Shown here piece by piece: positions 38,101-52,778 of a stretch of DNA of 64,000 nucleotides. The stretch's first letter is position 1, and each line of letters begins with the position of its first letter. The DNA comes from Eledone cirrhosa. Lineage: Eukaryota. A program made the position numbers and the translations under genes. The notes below the pieces were generated by a model. It made no database searches. It was not told where the DNA came from and was given only the letters and a program-made list of their open reading frames with translations. The stretch is taken from contig OZ024749.1 of NCBI GenBank assembly GCA_964016885.1, positions 34,782,001 to 34,846,000 on the forward strand. Direction: 5' to 3'.

Positions 38101-39549
38101 TTTTTTTTTCTTCCTTTATCATTTAATAAAGAGGTTCTAAGCTTGAAATATTATGAAATATAATGTAAAAACTATTGATTTTTCATTCTTATTTTACTGT
38201 ATTCTAGTTCCACCATTATATTTCCTATTCACCTTGTACTAGTTTTTCCAATACATTCCTATTATTATATTTATCTTGGAAAGTTATGGGGGTGTGGACT
38301 ATAGCCCTGTAATTCTGTGATCCCTGACAAAGCTGTTCGTTTAGAAATGTTTATATTTATCTAAAAACCTTCCATCATAGTTTTAAGTTATATTCCAAAT
38401 ACCAGCTTAATATTGAGAATGATAATTATATTAATAAATCCCTCCAAATTATTTTTTAAATGATTTTAAAATCATAGGCAGTGTCTTTTGTTATAAATAT
38501 GGTAACAGAAGGTTTAAAAAATCTCTAAACAAGGAAGTATTGTGACTAAAAATGTTTTAATATTACCTTTTTTTTTTGTAGTTATTTTTCTAGAATGCGC
38601 ATGTTCATAATTTATTAATAATTTCATAATTCTCACTAAATCCTTCCAATATTTTCTACAGTTTTGAAGCTCCAAATTAAAATCTCTCCAACCTCATTAA
38701 ATTATGAAAATATTGGTTTCTGATTTAGGCACAAGGCTAGCAATTTTTGGGAAAGGAAGTTGATTAGATTGATCCTAGTGTGTTACTGGTAATTTGTCTT
38801 AATGATGAAAGGCAAAATTAACCTCAGTGGGATTTGAATTCAGAATGCAAGGGGATGTAACTGTATGCCATAAAGCATGATGTGCAACACTCTACTGATA
38901 CTGTCAATCCCACTGCGCTTTAATATGAAAATATCAAAATTTATAAACTCCACCACCTCCATTTGTTTGAAACAAACCAAAATTGCCTGTTGTGTATTTA
39001 GCAAGAAAAATGGTCATTGTCACTGAAAATAGACAATTTTCTATTTCTATGAAGAACTATTTCCTCACTGTTGTGTCCTTTATTTCAACAAAATGTTTTA
39101 AGAGAAACAAATATCATAATCACTGTTTTATGTCCACTTTCCATGGGTTGGATGGGTGTTATGTTCTGAGACTATATAGGTCAAATAACCATGTCCTACT
39201 CACACATTCCGTTCTGGCATGCTTTCTACAGCTGGATGTTCTTCCTAATACCAACCACTTTACTGAATGCACTGGGTGTATTTTAATGTGGTGCCAGCAC
39301 CACAACTTTACTGAGTATGCCTTGTGCATTTAATCATAACACTGGCACTACTACTTTACAGAGTGTATTAGGCGCATTTTATTGTGACTTCAGCACTACC
39401 ACAAATCTTAATTGTTTTCAAATTATTTGAAAATCATAGGCAGTGCCTTTCATTAAAAATATGGTAACATAAGAGTTAAAGTGTTTATATTTTACTAAAA
39501 ACCTTCCATCATAACTCTATGTAAAAACCTTTATGTTCCAAATACCAGC

Positions 39550-39764
39550 TTAACTCTTTAGCATTTACATTACTCCATATTTACTATTGTATTTTCACAG
39601 TAAAGGCTTTATCTCACATAATATCAAATCTATGAGATTTTTATATTATTTATTTTAAGAACAATACCTTAACATCAGTATGAGTGGCCGGTTACAGCTA
39701 ATTTTAACAGTAAGAGGTGAGAGAATTCTGGCTGGCTAAGGCGGGTTTAATGCTAAAAGGTTAA
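39550..39764. mobile_element. TTAA-specific MITE family B (about 210 bp) nested in a family A copy
   Basis: TTAA-CTCTTTAGCATT...AATGCTAAAAGG-TTAA; the flanks rejoin as family A CCAGC-TTAA-TAAT. Confidence 0.75.
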
Positions 39765-40517
39765 TAATAATGAAGTTATTATTTTTAAGATTATTTTAAA
39801 ATCCTAGGCAGTGTCTTTCATTAGAAATATGGCAATGAAAGGGTTAAGTAGAAGGTCAATGTGTAGGTGAAGTAAATTAGAGTGTTGTATTGATTACTGG
39901 TTATTAATTATTGATTAAAGTTTCACACAATGTTGGTGATTATAGACTTTTTACCTGTGAATATGTTTACCTTTGTTGATGAAAATTTGTAAGCTAACAG
40001 TTGAACAGCCTCTGACAAGTTGAGACATGAGAGAGATTGTCATTGATATATAGATTAGCTGGACTAAGTCAACCAGCGATTTATTGAAGAGGTGGTGGTG
40101 GTGGGGACAAAGCATTTAAACTTGTTTATCCATTATCTATAAATACTTGATCTCTTTTTTTGTCTTTTATTTTTTAATCCTATTTATTTTGGTTCATAAA
40201 AAAAAATTAATCAGAAAAACCCAACTTATATCTCAATACATATATATAAATTTATAAAATCTATCTCGCTCCTCCTCTATCACATTCTGTATATATATAT
40301 ACACACACACACCTCACCAGTAGATAAGTCACATGCTGGTTTTTCATGTTGTATTTACATGGATAAAGGTGCAACCTAGACATAAGTGTATATATATGTG
40401 AGTATATATATGTGTGTATATATATATATGTGTGTGTATATATAAATATATATATATATATATATGTGTATATATATATGAATATATATATATGTGTGTA
40501 TATATATATATACATAT

Positions 40518-40660
40518 ATATGAAAAGATTTAGGACCCCGACAACTGGAGGTCAGCCGTCGGGGTCCTGAATCTTTTCATATTACTCACTCTACTACCCC
40601 AAGTATTGAGTACTCTGCCAGGTTATGGTCTACCTGGTTTTTGCCACACTCTATCATATA
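40518..40660 (+). mobile_element. Foldback element family F, short-hairpin copy
   Basis: 40518-40542 and 40558-40582 form an inverted repeat; the body is homologous to 57140-57245; TA-flanked. Confidence 0.7.
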
Positions 40661-40755
40661 TATAAGCAAGACAAGGTCACCCAACCTGTCATTGCCCACA
40701 ACAGGACAACCCGTCTAACCCATGCTAGCATGGAAGAATGGACGTAAAATGATGA

Positions 40756-40809
<54 letters not shown>

Positions 40810-41218
40810 GTGTGTATGTATATATATTACTCTACTGAAGTGAGGGGAAGTGACTTAATAGTTAGGGTGTTTGGATAGTGATCGTAAGGTCATGAGTTTG
40901 GTAACATGTGTCCTTCAGCAAGACCTTTTATTTCTTTTTCCTTCAGTCCACTCAGCTGGAGAAAAAGGGTTTGTACCTGCAATTCAAAACACCAGCCTTG
41001 TCATACACCATGTCATGCAGAATCTCCTAGAGAATTATGTGAAAGGTACATATATGTGTCTGTGGAATACTCAGCCACATGCTTGTTAATTTCATGAGCA
41101 GCTATTCCCTTGATCAAAGAACTGGAACACTCAATGTTGGAACCAATAAAGTTTTAACCCAGCCCTTTTGACACTAAACTCTCTGAAACTTCCTCTGATT
41201 CTACAATACTAAATTGTT

Positions 41219-41433
41219 TTAACCCTTTAATGTTCAAACTGGCCAAAACCGTCCAGAATTCTCTACCTTTTTCTGTTGAAACTGGCTGGAACTGGTCGCT
41301 CAAACTGATGTTAAGGTATTGTTCTCAAAATAAATACTTTCAAAATCTCATAGATTCAATATTATGTGAGATAAAGCATTTACCATGAAAATATAATAGT
41401 ATATATAGAGTAATGTGAATGCTAAAGGGTAAA
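41219..41433. mobile_element. TTAA-specific MITE family B nested in family A
   Basis: TTAA-CCCTTTAATGTT...ATGCTAAAGGG-TAAA; homologous to 39550-39764 in opposite orientation. Confidence 0.7.
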
Positions 41434-42039
41434 AGTATTTATATTTATTTAAAACCCTTCGATTATAAGTGTTTATGTAAGAGTCTTTCTTAAGTTATGT
41501 TCCAAATGCCAGCTTAATAATGAGAAAGTTGGTTATATTACTAAATTTCTTCAAAACACAAGCATTGTTGTGTGGTTAAAGAGTTCACTTCACTGCCATG
41601 AGATTCTGCTACATGGTACTTTAGGAAGTGTCCTTTACTATAGTAACAGGTTGTGAGTGGAATTTAGTAAATGGAAACTGTAGAAACCCACCATATATCT
41701 GTGTGTTTACATTTGTGTGTATGTCACTGTATTTATGTCATGTATCTTAGAGGTTCAACAGAAAAGGGATTCATAAAATTAGTTCTGACTAAATCAAAGC
41801 AGTGCTCTAGCATGGCCACTGTCTAATGACTGAAACCAATAAAAGAATAGAAAATATATTTCATTAGAAATATGGCAATGAAATGGTTAAGACCTAGTAA
41901 AACAGTTGAGTATCTATTTCCAGAGCTATATATTAGTTATGGCAGTCATTGGAGATAATATTTTATTAGTATTAATTGGTATAATTAAATATATTTCACA
42001 ACACAACCTGTTTCTATCATCTACTTCACTGTCAAACTA

Positions 42040-42090
<51 letters not shown>

Positions 42091-42222
42091 TTAAAACAGT
42101 GGTTGTTTAGTTAAACATTCTTGCTCTTTCTCTCTAATCACACACTCACATACACAATCATACACACACACACTCACTCTCATATATCTGTATTTTACAT
42201 TCTATATGTCTCACACACACAT

Positions 42223-42333
<111 letters not shown>

Positions 42334-42377
42334 TAATTCAAAATATTAACAAAAATAGAACTTCTTGTGGTCAAGTA

Positions 42378-42444
42378 TATTTTATTATACATATTTCAGA
42401 GGTACTGAGCTAACTTCAACAGTACGTCCTCATCAGATAAAATA
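42378..42444 (-). ncRNA. Type I minimal hammerhead ribozyme (relative of family B)
   Basis: Minus strand: TATTTTAT-CTGATGA-GGA-C-GTACTG-loop-CAGTAC-C-TCT-GAAA-TATGTAT-A-ATAAAATA; perfect 8-bp stem I. Lies in a ~210 bp segment between (TC)n and (TA)n. Confidence 0.82.
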
Positions 42445-43265
42445 AGATGATGCATGACATACCCTGACATAGTAGATGGTTAAGATCCATCTTAAACTAA
42501 TTCTTTGATTTATTCATTGAACCTTGTTTAACCTTTAAATATATATATATATATCCATCTATTTCACAGACATCTACCCCAACTATTTCTCTAATTGACC
42601 TTTCTCTCTCTCTTCCTCTCCCTCCATGGCCACTCCTACCCAATGCACTATATTACTTATATTAATCTCGCCTAACAGGTTCACTTCACATATGTAACCT
42701 TTATCAAACATTTTCCCATCAAATGTATTATCTGTATTCACATATAAAGGTGTTCCACTCGTGACCTTCCCGTCAAATAAGTTGCCTGTATTACTTTAGA
42801 TATATCACCTTGGAATTGTTGGTGTGGTAGTGGTCCTATAAAGGTGTTCCAGCCATCGTTACCCCATTAAATAGTCTGTATTTGTTATCTCACATTATCA
42901 CAGTCTGAGTTCAAATCCCGCCGAGATTGACTTTGCCTTTCATCCTTACAGGGTCGATAAAATAAAGTACCAGTAATACACTGGGTAATTGCTGGCCTTG
43001 CGCCTAAAGTAGAAACAATTATCACAGAACACATATGTTAGTTGTTGTTGTGATCTACCCCGATTTGTCTTAATTGAACAGACCTATAATTAAGGTGTTC
43101 CAGCCATGACTATCCCATCTTGAAAATATTTGGATATATATATATATTCCATTTAAGTTATTTTTATTACCCAAAGGTAGAACTGGTAGGCAAATCATGA
43201 TGCAACAAATCAATAAAAACACTTAACGTTGGAATGGAGGAATGAAGTAAAGTATTTCTAAAATG

Positions 43266-43316
<51 letters not shown>

Positions 43317-44186
43317 CCAGAGATCAGCAACAGGTGGTCACAGCTGTTAGGCCATTGAGGTATTCTCTGTCCAAAGATCATTCCAGAGGAAGGGGAGATG
43401 ATTAAATACCAGGCATTAACTTTTGTACTGATTGCCATCAAGATCTCTAGTGTCCTTCTTGGTCTCTAGACCTCTAGTGTCATTCTTGGTTTCTAGACTG
43501 CCATAGAGGAATGGAAGATGACTAAATACTAGAGAATTGACTGACCATTTTATTTTAGTTAGGGTTACCATAATGGCTGCTGGTGTCCTTGGTTCCCAGA
43601 CTGCTGTATTCCTTCGTCAATTCAGGAGGCGTGCATTGCACCTGAAGAAGGAGCCTTGTGAAGTGGAATGTCTGATGCAGTGGGTATTGCTGGTTATTCT
43701 CTATGGCAATGCTTTCACCATGCTGTTCTTATTTGCAGGATGGTGCTGAGATATACCATCCAACCAATGGTGTGGAACAGCAGTTCCCAACCTAGATCTG
43801 TGCTTCTCTGGGGGGCCTGTAAAACAGTGGTGAGATCTGTCAGCTAAGTTCACAATTTCAAGTACTTTGTTATAAAACATAATATACACACACTATTGAG
43901 TATCTATTCTTCTCTAAAACGATTTCTCTCTTTTGATTATTATTCTCAATGTATAGCAATCGGGGGGGGTTTGTAGTTAGGGGGAAGGCACCATAGAAAA
44001 ATTCATTTGGGAGTGACAATGTTTGGAGTCACTTGTGTAGTTAGCCCTTTACCCATTTCCTCTCTTTATTTTTTTTCTTTTGTCATTATAATACATTGTA
44101 AATAAAGAATTCTTTACTAAAAATAAATAGCTATTCTATTTTCTTAATAGAGCCATTGAGACAAGAGGTCTGTCCAACTATATATA

Positions 44187-44232
<46 letters not shown>

Positions 44233-45009
44233 ACATAATAGCTGCTGTGCTCGCAATATGTGAAATATATCAATTTACACTCCATATAACCATCAAGGTT
44301 ATTGTTTATATATATAGTTTGTTGTTATTAGTTCATTCCAGCCCTCCATGCTCTGAGTTCAAATCCTGTTGAGGTCAACTTTGCCTTCTAGCTTTATTAT
44401 ATAAAGCTGTTTGTTTTAAGTGTTTAAATTTGTTATCTAAAACAACAGCAAACTAGCTGGGTCATTAGAACATTGGATAGAATGTTTTGTGATGTTGTAA
44501 TATTGTGGTTTTCTGTGCTCTGAATTCAAGTCCCACTGGGGTTATCTTTGTTTTTCATTCTTTCAAGGTCAATAAATAAAGTGCCAGTCCAATACTGGAG
44601 TCGATTCTTTCTCTCTATATGTTCCCTCCTACCTCTCTCTTGCTCCCACACTCTCTGGAAGACTTCAGCTGTGTTCAGACCTGGAGACAGACAGATGGAT
44701 GGATTTTAACAGGTATATATGCCCAAGACATATTGTATATTACAACAGAGCCCTGATGACTCCATCAGAAGATAAAGGCAGATGGCATTATCAGTAGAGC
44801 GTCAGACATCATGCTTTGCAGCATAGTTACAACTCTTTACGTTCTCGGTTCAAATCCTGCCGAGGTTAACTTTGCTTTTCATCCTTACGGGGTCGATAAA
44901 ATAAAGCACCAGTAATGCACTGGGGTAATTTCTGGCCTTGTGCCAAAGGTACAAACAATTATTAGATTGGTAGTATCGTTAGATGGCTCTGAACATTAAT
45001 CAGTATACA

Positions 45010-45310
45010 CTGAGGATGAAGAACTCAGAGCTGTACGGGGGCCTCCCAAAAGTCAGCTCGAGTGTAGCCAGAGGAGACTGAGGTTAGCTGGACATGCTCA
45101 TCGACATCCAGAGTTGACACGGCACTCAGTGCTCCTGTGGGAGCCCCTGCATGGACACACTGGAAGAGGAAGACCGAGGTTAACATATGTTGATGCCCTA
45201 AGGATAGATACTGGTCTCTTGGAGACACAGGACATGGCAACGATAATGAGGGACAGAGACCGCTGGAGAGAACTCGTCCATGGATCTCGGGAATTTTACC
45301 CACCCTAGAC
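45010..45310 (+). pseudogene. Non-LTR (RTE-like) 3' fragment
   Basis: RLRLAGH...VLLWEPLHGHTGRGRPRLTYVDALRIDTG...MRDRDRWRELV. Confidence 0.75.
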
Positions 45311-45722
45311 AGAACGTTAGAGTATACAATAAAACACTTGGAAGTATTAAGTCACAGCTCTTTATCTTCTGAGTTCAAGCCCCACTAAGGACAACTTTCT
45401 CTTTCATCCGCACTGGGTTGATAAAATAAAGTATCAGTGAAGTATTGCAGTAAATTTGCCTTTTCCAAGCTTTGTGCCTAAATTTGAAACCATTTTTGGT
45501 TTTAAAATGCCTTTTTGTTTTGTTTTCCATTATACGTTGAAGGTGAACTGTAAAATTCTAAATATTCAAATTTTGTGTATGCTTGTGAGCGTATGTGTGT
45601 ATATACATGTGTGTGTGTAATATATATATATATATATATATGATTACAGTCACAATTGCCTCTGTGGATATTATTCAATTATTTCTATATATAATTACAA
45701 TCTTAAAATAGTAATTGAGAAC

Positions 45723-45756
<34 letters not shown>

Positions 45757-45890
45757 TGTATATATATATATATAAGTTTAATTATTAACCTTCTCTGAAG
45801 TTTAGTAGGGTGACACATAAAAATCATCAAGCTGGAGTGCGAGAAAGTGTGTGATGTCCAGTAAGAGAGGGTGAGAGATAATCAGAGAAC

Positions 45891-45927
<37 letters not shown>

Positions 45928-46967
45928 GTCCAGTGAGTTCAATGACATGCCTGTAATAATGTCACAGTAATATGACTGAAGTAGTGACTGTTTTAGGTTG
46001 AGTCATGGACCTTTATACTTCACATCACTATAACACATATATACCCATATGAGTGTGTACATGTACTTAAACATAATATATATATATATATATACACACA
46101 CATATACACACACTCATATAAACATACATATGGTTTCTGTATACGTGTGTGGGGGGGGGGGCTGTATGCAGGCCAACATTAGCAGAGAGGGAATTCCACT
46201 GGATTCCATCATCTGTCTTTATGAAATAATTAAAATTATTTATAAATCTGTGTGTGTGTATATATTTATTTTGAACTTAATTCTATGGCTTATTTATGGT
46301 TGTCAATATAGTCTTCAGATTAACAATCAAGAAAACATCATCACCATCTTCATTGTTATTGCCATCATCATCGTATTCATCATCATTATTGTTTTTACAT
46401 AGTTTAAACAGGTCCTCTCTATTACATCATCTCTCCATTTGTATTCTTTCCTTTGACATCTCCTTTGTAAGGTATAATTTCTTAATACCAACTTCAACAC
46501 CACTGCTCACATCTGTCTTCATCTTTCTCTACCATGGGTTCTTTCCACTTTGAACTCCTGGAACTTCTTCACCCAGCAAGTATCATCGATACACATTAAC
46601 AATTTATCTTTCACAAAGTATTGAGTTCTTTCTCCTCATCACGTCCCTCCACCCATCGTCTCTATAATTGATAATCAGTCGACTTTGTCCCACCTATAGG
46701 GACTTCTTGAGTTTCTCTCTCTGTCTGTTGAATACTTTGATCCTTTTGATATCAAATTGCTTGAATCTGGTCCTTTTTCTACAAGGTAACACTTTATTTT
46801 AAAATGTTTATATTTATTGAAAAATCTTTCATCATAATCTTGTGTAAGAATCTTTATATTCAGAGCACCAGCTAAATAACAAGAAAGTTAGTTATTGTTA
46901 CTAAATCTCTCCAAATTCTTGATTATTTTCAAAATAAAATCCTTGGCTGTCTTTCTTTAGAAATATA

Positions 46968-47186
46968 ATAATTGTTTCTACTTTAGGCACAAGGCCAGCA
47001 ATTTTAAGGGGAGGGAAGTTGATTAAATCGACCCCAGTGCATTACTGGTACTTTATTTATCAATCCTGTAAGGATGAAAGGTAAAGCTAACTTCGGCAGG
47101 ATTTAAACTCAGAACGTAAAGGGCCGTAACTCTATGCTACAAAGAATGGTGTCTGACACTCCACTGATAATGCCCATCCACCACCC
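46968..47186 (-). mobile_element. tRNA-SINE family 2, full-length copy
   Basis: Same sequence as the units at 16598-17235. Other copies near 38715, 42900, 44780, 48225, 57350 and 59665. Confidence 0.85.
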
Positions 47187-47607
47187 TAGAAATATGATAA
47201 TGAAAGGGATTAGGTGATGGTGTTTCAACATCTATAATCAAAACAATTTTACAGACATATCTGACATATATTCTCCAGTTTCTATGTCACTGTGACCTTT
47301 AACCCAGTTACATCAGTTACACCTGTTTACAGTTACCTGGCTGTTTCAAAATGATGTTTCTGCTTTACATGGCTGTTACAGACTGTCAAATATATTATTT
47401 TACTATATTCTAATTCAGCTGTAAAAAAAACTTGCCTAACAAAGAGGACTTTTCGGTTGTGTCAAAGACATGACAACCTTCCTTATGTTGGAATATATGT
47501 AAGCAAGACACTGGCCCCTAGCCTATTTGAGCAGTCAGTACCTCTGATTATGTACTGACTTGGTCTTTGATGACTTGTCTAACTCATGCTAGTTGGGAAA
47601 ACAGACA

Positions 47608-47820
47608 TTAACCCATTAGCATTTAAACCAGGCGTATCCATCCAGAATTCTCTCACCTGTTTGTGTTCAAACTGGCTGTAACCAGCTGTTTATAGCCATG
47701 TTAAGGTATTGTTCTCAAAATAAATATCTTAATCTTATAGATTCAATATCATGTGAGGTAAACCCTTTGCCATGAAAATACAATAGTAAATATAGAGTAA
47801 AGTAAATGCAAAAGGGTTAA
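47608..47820. mobile_element. TTAA-specific MITE family B inserted in an RTE/SINE tail
   Basis: TTAA-CCCATTAGCATTTA...TAAATGCAAAAGGG-TTAA; the flanks rejoin as GAAAACAGACA-TTAA-ATGATGAT. Confidence 0.8.
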
Positions 47821-48824
47821 ATGATGATATATATTTTTTTTCATTGTAACACTGGAAGTTGTGAACAAGCTTTCAATGTTTTACCTAAAATATTCCACAG
47901 CTGTTGCCAGTTTGGCACTAATTTCTCTTCCTCTTATTTCAATACAGTCTGTAATCAAGGAATATCTATCAGTCAAGATTTCTTATCTTCCTATAACACT
48001 GCTGACTTCACCAAGGAAATCACTGGCTTTAACCAGAAGAAAAAATTAAACGACACAATCCCTTCTTTTCTTTACTTTTTTCTAAATAATTTAATTCAAG
48101 TAACCTAAGATAAGTTTACTCCCCTAACAAAAGAGGGTATACTGTCCCACATGTTGCCATTCAACACAAAGATAAGTCTACACCCCCACCTTACATTATA
48201 TACATACATATGTACATTATGTGCTTTGCAACAAAAGAGTTATGGCCCTTTATGGTCTGAGTTCAAATCACGCCAAGGTTAACTTTGCCTTTCATCCTTA
48301 CGGGGTCGATAAAATAAAGTACCAGTAATACACTGGGATAAAGGCTGGCCTTGTGCCAAAAGTAGAAACAATTATTATCATTTTTACTGTCATATTACCA
48401 ATACCTTCGTATCTTTGTTTAATCATATTACTACTATTAGTATCATTTTCCATATATGGTAGCTAGAAATTATGCAGCTATTCTAAATAGATAATTTTTT
48501 TTCATAGCAAAAATTTGTTCTTCCCACTTCACCTAATGACATAGTTCTTGCATACATTTCATTTGCCTCAAGAGAATATCTTCACACATTACTGTTACAT
48601 CTTTCTATTTTCTAAAGGCAATATTTGGTTGTAATTTTTTTTTAAATATTTACTTCTGCATCCACGGATTGATATTTCTCAATTTCAAACACTTAGGGTG
48701 AAAGCAGAAATTATTTGCATATATTTTTAATCTGTGTTAATAAATATTTGTTCTATGTGTTTATAAATACTTATTGAGTCCTCTCTAGATTTTGGTCTTT
48801 GTATTATTATTACTACAATTATTA

Positions 48825-48908
<84 letters not shown>

Positions 48909-50529
48909 TGCATATTTAGAAATGTACACATACATCTACAACAGTTGACACTACAAATACTTTATATCATTTTCTAATGTTTCTATTAAAGCTGTTGTTA
49001 TAATAGAAACTGTTGGTTAGCTTTGCCTTTCATCCTTAAGGGGTTGATAAAATAAAGTACCAATAACATATTGGAGTCGATTCAATCGACTTTTCCTTTC
49101 CCAAAAATGTGTTGGTTTTGTGTCAAAATCAGAAATCATTATAATAGAAACTACTACTGTTGCTATAGCTACTGTCAGAAACTATTGTTGCTATAGTTAC
49201 TGTTACACAGCATTATCAGTCTAACTCTGTTGTTGTTAGTCTAACTCTCTTGTTAGTCTTAGTCATTACTTTACTACTGCTACTATTACAATTCTTTGCT
49301 GTTGTTTTGTACTAAATGTTTATAGTATTTTTACTATTGGACAGATGGTTGTGAACATTTACAGTATTAGAGTAAGGACTTTAATTTTGAATGTGATGCA
49401 GTCATAGTACTGTTTTGTACTAAATGTTTATAGTGTCTTTACTAGTAGACAGTTTGTGAAAATTCGCAGTATTAGGGAAAAGACTTTAACTTTTAATGTG
49501 ATTCAGTCATAGTGCTGTTTTGTACTTTTTAAGAATGTCTTGCTAATGTGGTTTCATCTGGTACACGACTTATATAATTAGAGCTTTTTGTCATACCTGA
49601 TTGCAACTAGTGAGATAAGATGTAGACTTAGTGAGGTAGATGTGGTGTAGAGGGTGAGGTAGTGGGAAGTGTGGGCGTGGAGGATGAGATAGTTAGAGTA
49701 GAGGGTGAGATAGTTAGAGTAGAGGGTGAGTAGTGGGAGGTGTGGGTGGCAAATGCAATGTGTATGTGTACATGTTTATGTATGTGTGTGTGAATGTGTA
49801 TGCATTATGTATGTGCGTGTGTGTGTGTTTGGGAGGATGATGTGTGTGTGTGTGTGTGTATGTGTGTATATATGTATAGACAACAGTTGTTGTAGTTCCA
49901 CCTTTGTCAGTGAAGTAACTCTTTCCTCCATTATCAATGAGAGAAATACCAACTGGTGGTGTTAACACTATTTATCAACATAATTATACACACACACACA
50001 CATCATATAATTATACATGTCTGTGTGGGTGTATATATACATACACACACACAAGATATACATATATTCATGCATACACACACACAGATTATATTGTAAT
50101 TATATATATGTATATATGTAAATATGTGTGTATTAGATACTCATGTGTGTACATGCATATACATTTACATACACACACATACAAACACATGTTCAAGATG
50201 ACCTCAGTCAACAAACCATTTTGGTTCATGCATAATTTATATTATCTTTTTAATTATATATATATTTATATTATGTATACAGTATATATATGTATATATA
50301 TATATATATATATTATATATACAGTATATATATGTATATATATATTATATATACAGTATATATATGTATATATATATTATATATACAGTATATACATATA
50401 TATATATATATTATATATACATACATATATATACAGTATATACATACACACACATATATATATATATATGAGTATATATGTACATACATTACATACATAC
50501 ATATATATATATATAATCATTATTTAAAA

Positions 50530-51097
50530 GCTGTATATAGCTCTGGTGCGGTCACACTTAGAATTTACATCACCAGTCTGGAACCCCTATCTTACTCAGA
50601 ACATTGATCTTCTGGAAACTGTTCAGAGACGTGCAGCCAAGCGAATACCCTCCACCCTCCATCAGGCATCTACCATACTCTGAACGCCTTGCTTCCCTGG
50701 GCATAGATATATTGAAGCTCCGATGTCTGGTAACTGACTTGGTAAACACCCACAAAATTGTTAACCATCTTGCCAACAACAACCCTGAATACCTTTTTGA
50801 TTTCCATGTGTCTAACACACGTGGACATGCCTTCAAAGTCAGAAAAGAGCACATGACTTTCGGAAACATTTTTTCACGCTCAGAGTTGCTGAAGCCTGGA
50901 ACAAACTACCTGCATCGTTTAAAACCTCCATGCTTCCTGAAATTCGCCAATACTACATCTGATATGCCCCTCCATATCAGGACTCCTACACTGTTCACTT
51001 TCCTGACATTTGTACATCATTCTATGTACTATACATGCACCTTTGATGAGTTATAGTGCCTCTGAGCACTGTATACAATAACTTCCTTATTATTATT
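50530..51097 (+). pseudogene. CR1-clade LINE 3' end
   Basis: Frameshifted LEFTSPVWNPY...LETVQRRAAKRI...YSERLASLG...NTRGHAFK...WNKLP followed by an (ATT)n tail. Confidence 0.85.
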
Positions 51098-52778
51098 CAT
51101 TTTACCTTCTAACAAGGCTGGATGGATCATCACCAAGTCAGTATTTAATCGGAGCTAGTGATGTCAGATAGGTCTGAAGCCTTTTGTTGTTTGCATTTCC
51201 TACATACTGCAGAGAGTGCTGGGTGCATTTTATCATGGCACCTGCACTAAGGAGGCTGTCATGTCATTGCCACAGCTGAAGTGTCCTCTTGACCTTTTGA
51301 TTAGCAAGTTTTCTTCAGCCAGATCTCTTTTCTATCACCAACCACTTTACAGAGTGTACTGGGTACCTTTTAGCATGCCACCAACATTAGAGAGGTTGTG
51401 GTACCCCAGTCACAACTGAAAAATCCGCTCAATCCCTTCTTGGCATGGTTTCTACAGCTTAATGCCCTTCCTATCACCAATGTACCTTATAATATGTACA
51501 TATACACATATAGAGTCTGTCCAATTGCTAGAGCATATCACACCAATAGTAGTACATTAGTTAGTTTGTATTTAATACAACTGAATGGCATTTCAAAACA
51601 TTTATAATATCTTCCCACTATTTCCTTAGTAATCACTGAAGCCAAATGTTTCTACTTACGACACTCTACAAATTGATAATTGTTTTATACCCAACTGTTA
51701 TCACAGTTATCAGTAAATAAATAGCTAGAATGTTCTTTTATAATTCATTCCAACAATTCAGCTTCTCGCATTCCTTTCATTTTATTAACACAGGCTTTAA
51801 TAGTCGTTAACAATTAATTCAACGTCTCGCTTGTTGTAAGTACATTCCATATGTGAAATGATTGGCAGTGTACAAGTGAAATGTGGTCTGTACTCCTCAA
51901 CAGATCAAGTGAAGACATGTGGCCTAGTGGTTAGGGTGTTGAATTTATTATGGGTTTGATTCCTGCACTGAGACTGGGCAGTGTGTTGTGTTCTTGAGCA
52001 AGCTGCTGCATTTCATTTGATACCAATCCGGCAAAAACCAGCTCTGATTCAATGAAATAAAACCACACAATTTAAAGGGTTCCTATTCAAATTCAAACCT
52101 TCTAGCACAATTTTATATATCTAGGAATCTTTTGTTAATACTATCTTAATAATAAAATATTTAACATTTTGTAAACTCTCCCAATTTTTGATTAATTGTC
52201 CATGTTAACATAGCCTAGATGAGTTGTTACAGACGAAGTCAGTACCGAATTGGAGTCACTGTCCTCTTAGACAGGTCAAGGAACTGCATCTTACTCAAAT
52301 ACTTTCCATGTTGGCGTGGTTTTACAGCTGAAAGCTCTCTCCTAATGCTAACCACTTTACAGAATGTACTGTGTGCATTTTATGATGGCACCAACACTAG
52401 AGATGTTATCATATCCTTCACACAACTAAAGAGTTCTCTACTCTTTTTGGTATGGTTCCTGCAGCTGAATGTCGTTCCTACCACTATCCACTTTACAGGG
52501 TGTACTGGGAGCATTTTATCATGATTTCAGCACTAGGTTGTCGGTTTTCGTAGTCATTACATTTTTCTACCTGTTTAAGATTTTCCTCTTTAAAACTCAT
52601 ATATTTTCTTTTTTGTTTGGACCAGATATTTTTATACTCTGCTAGAAAGACAAAAGTTGACATTAATAGTAATAGTTTCTAGGAATGATCTCTTTTAGTT
52701 TCACAGCCACATATATATGTGAGTGTGTGTGTGCGCATACATCTAAAGATGTGTGTGTGTGTATATATATATATATAG

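Noticed and set aside
44750-44790. CTGATGA motif (also CTGAAGA at about 43642 and CTGATAA at about 8410)
   Set aside because: No stem II plus GAAA plus NUH arrangement; part of other repeats.
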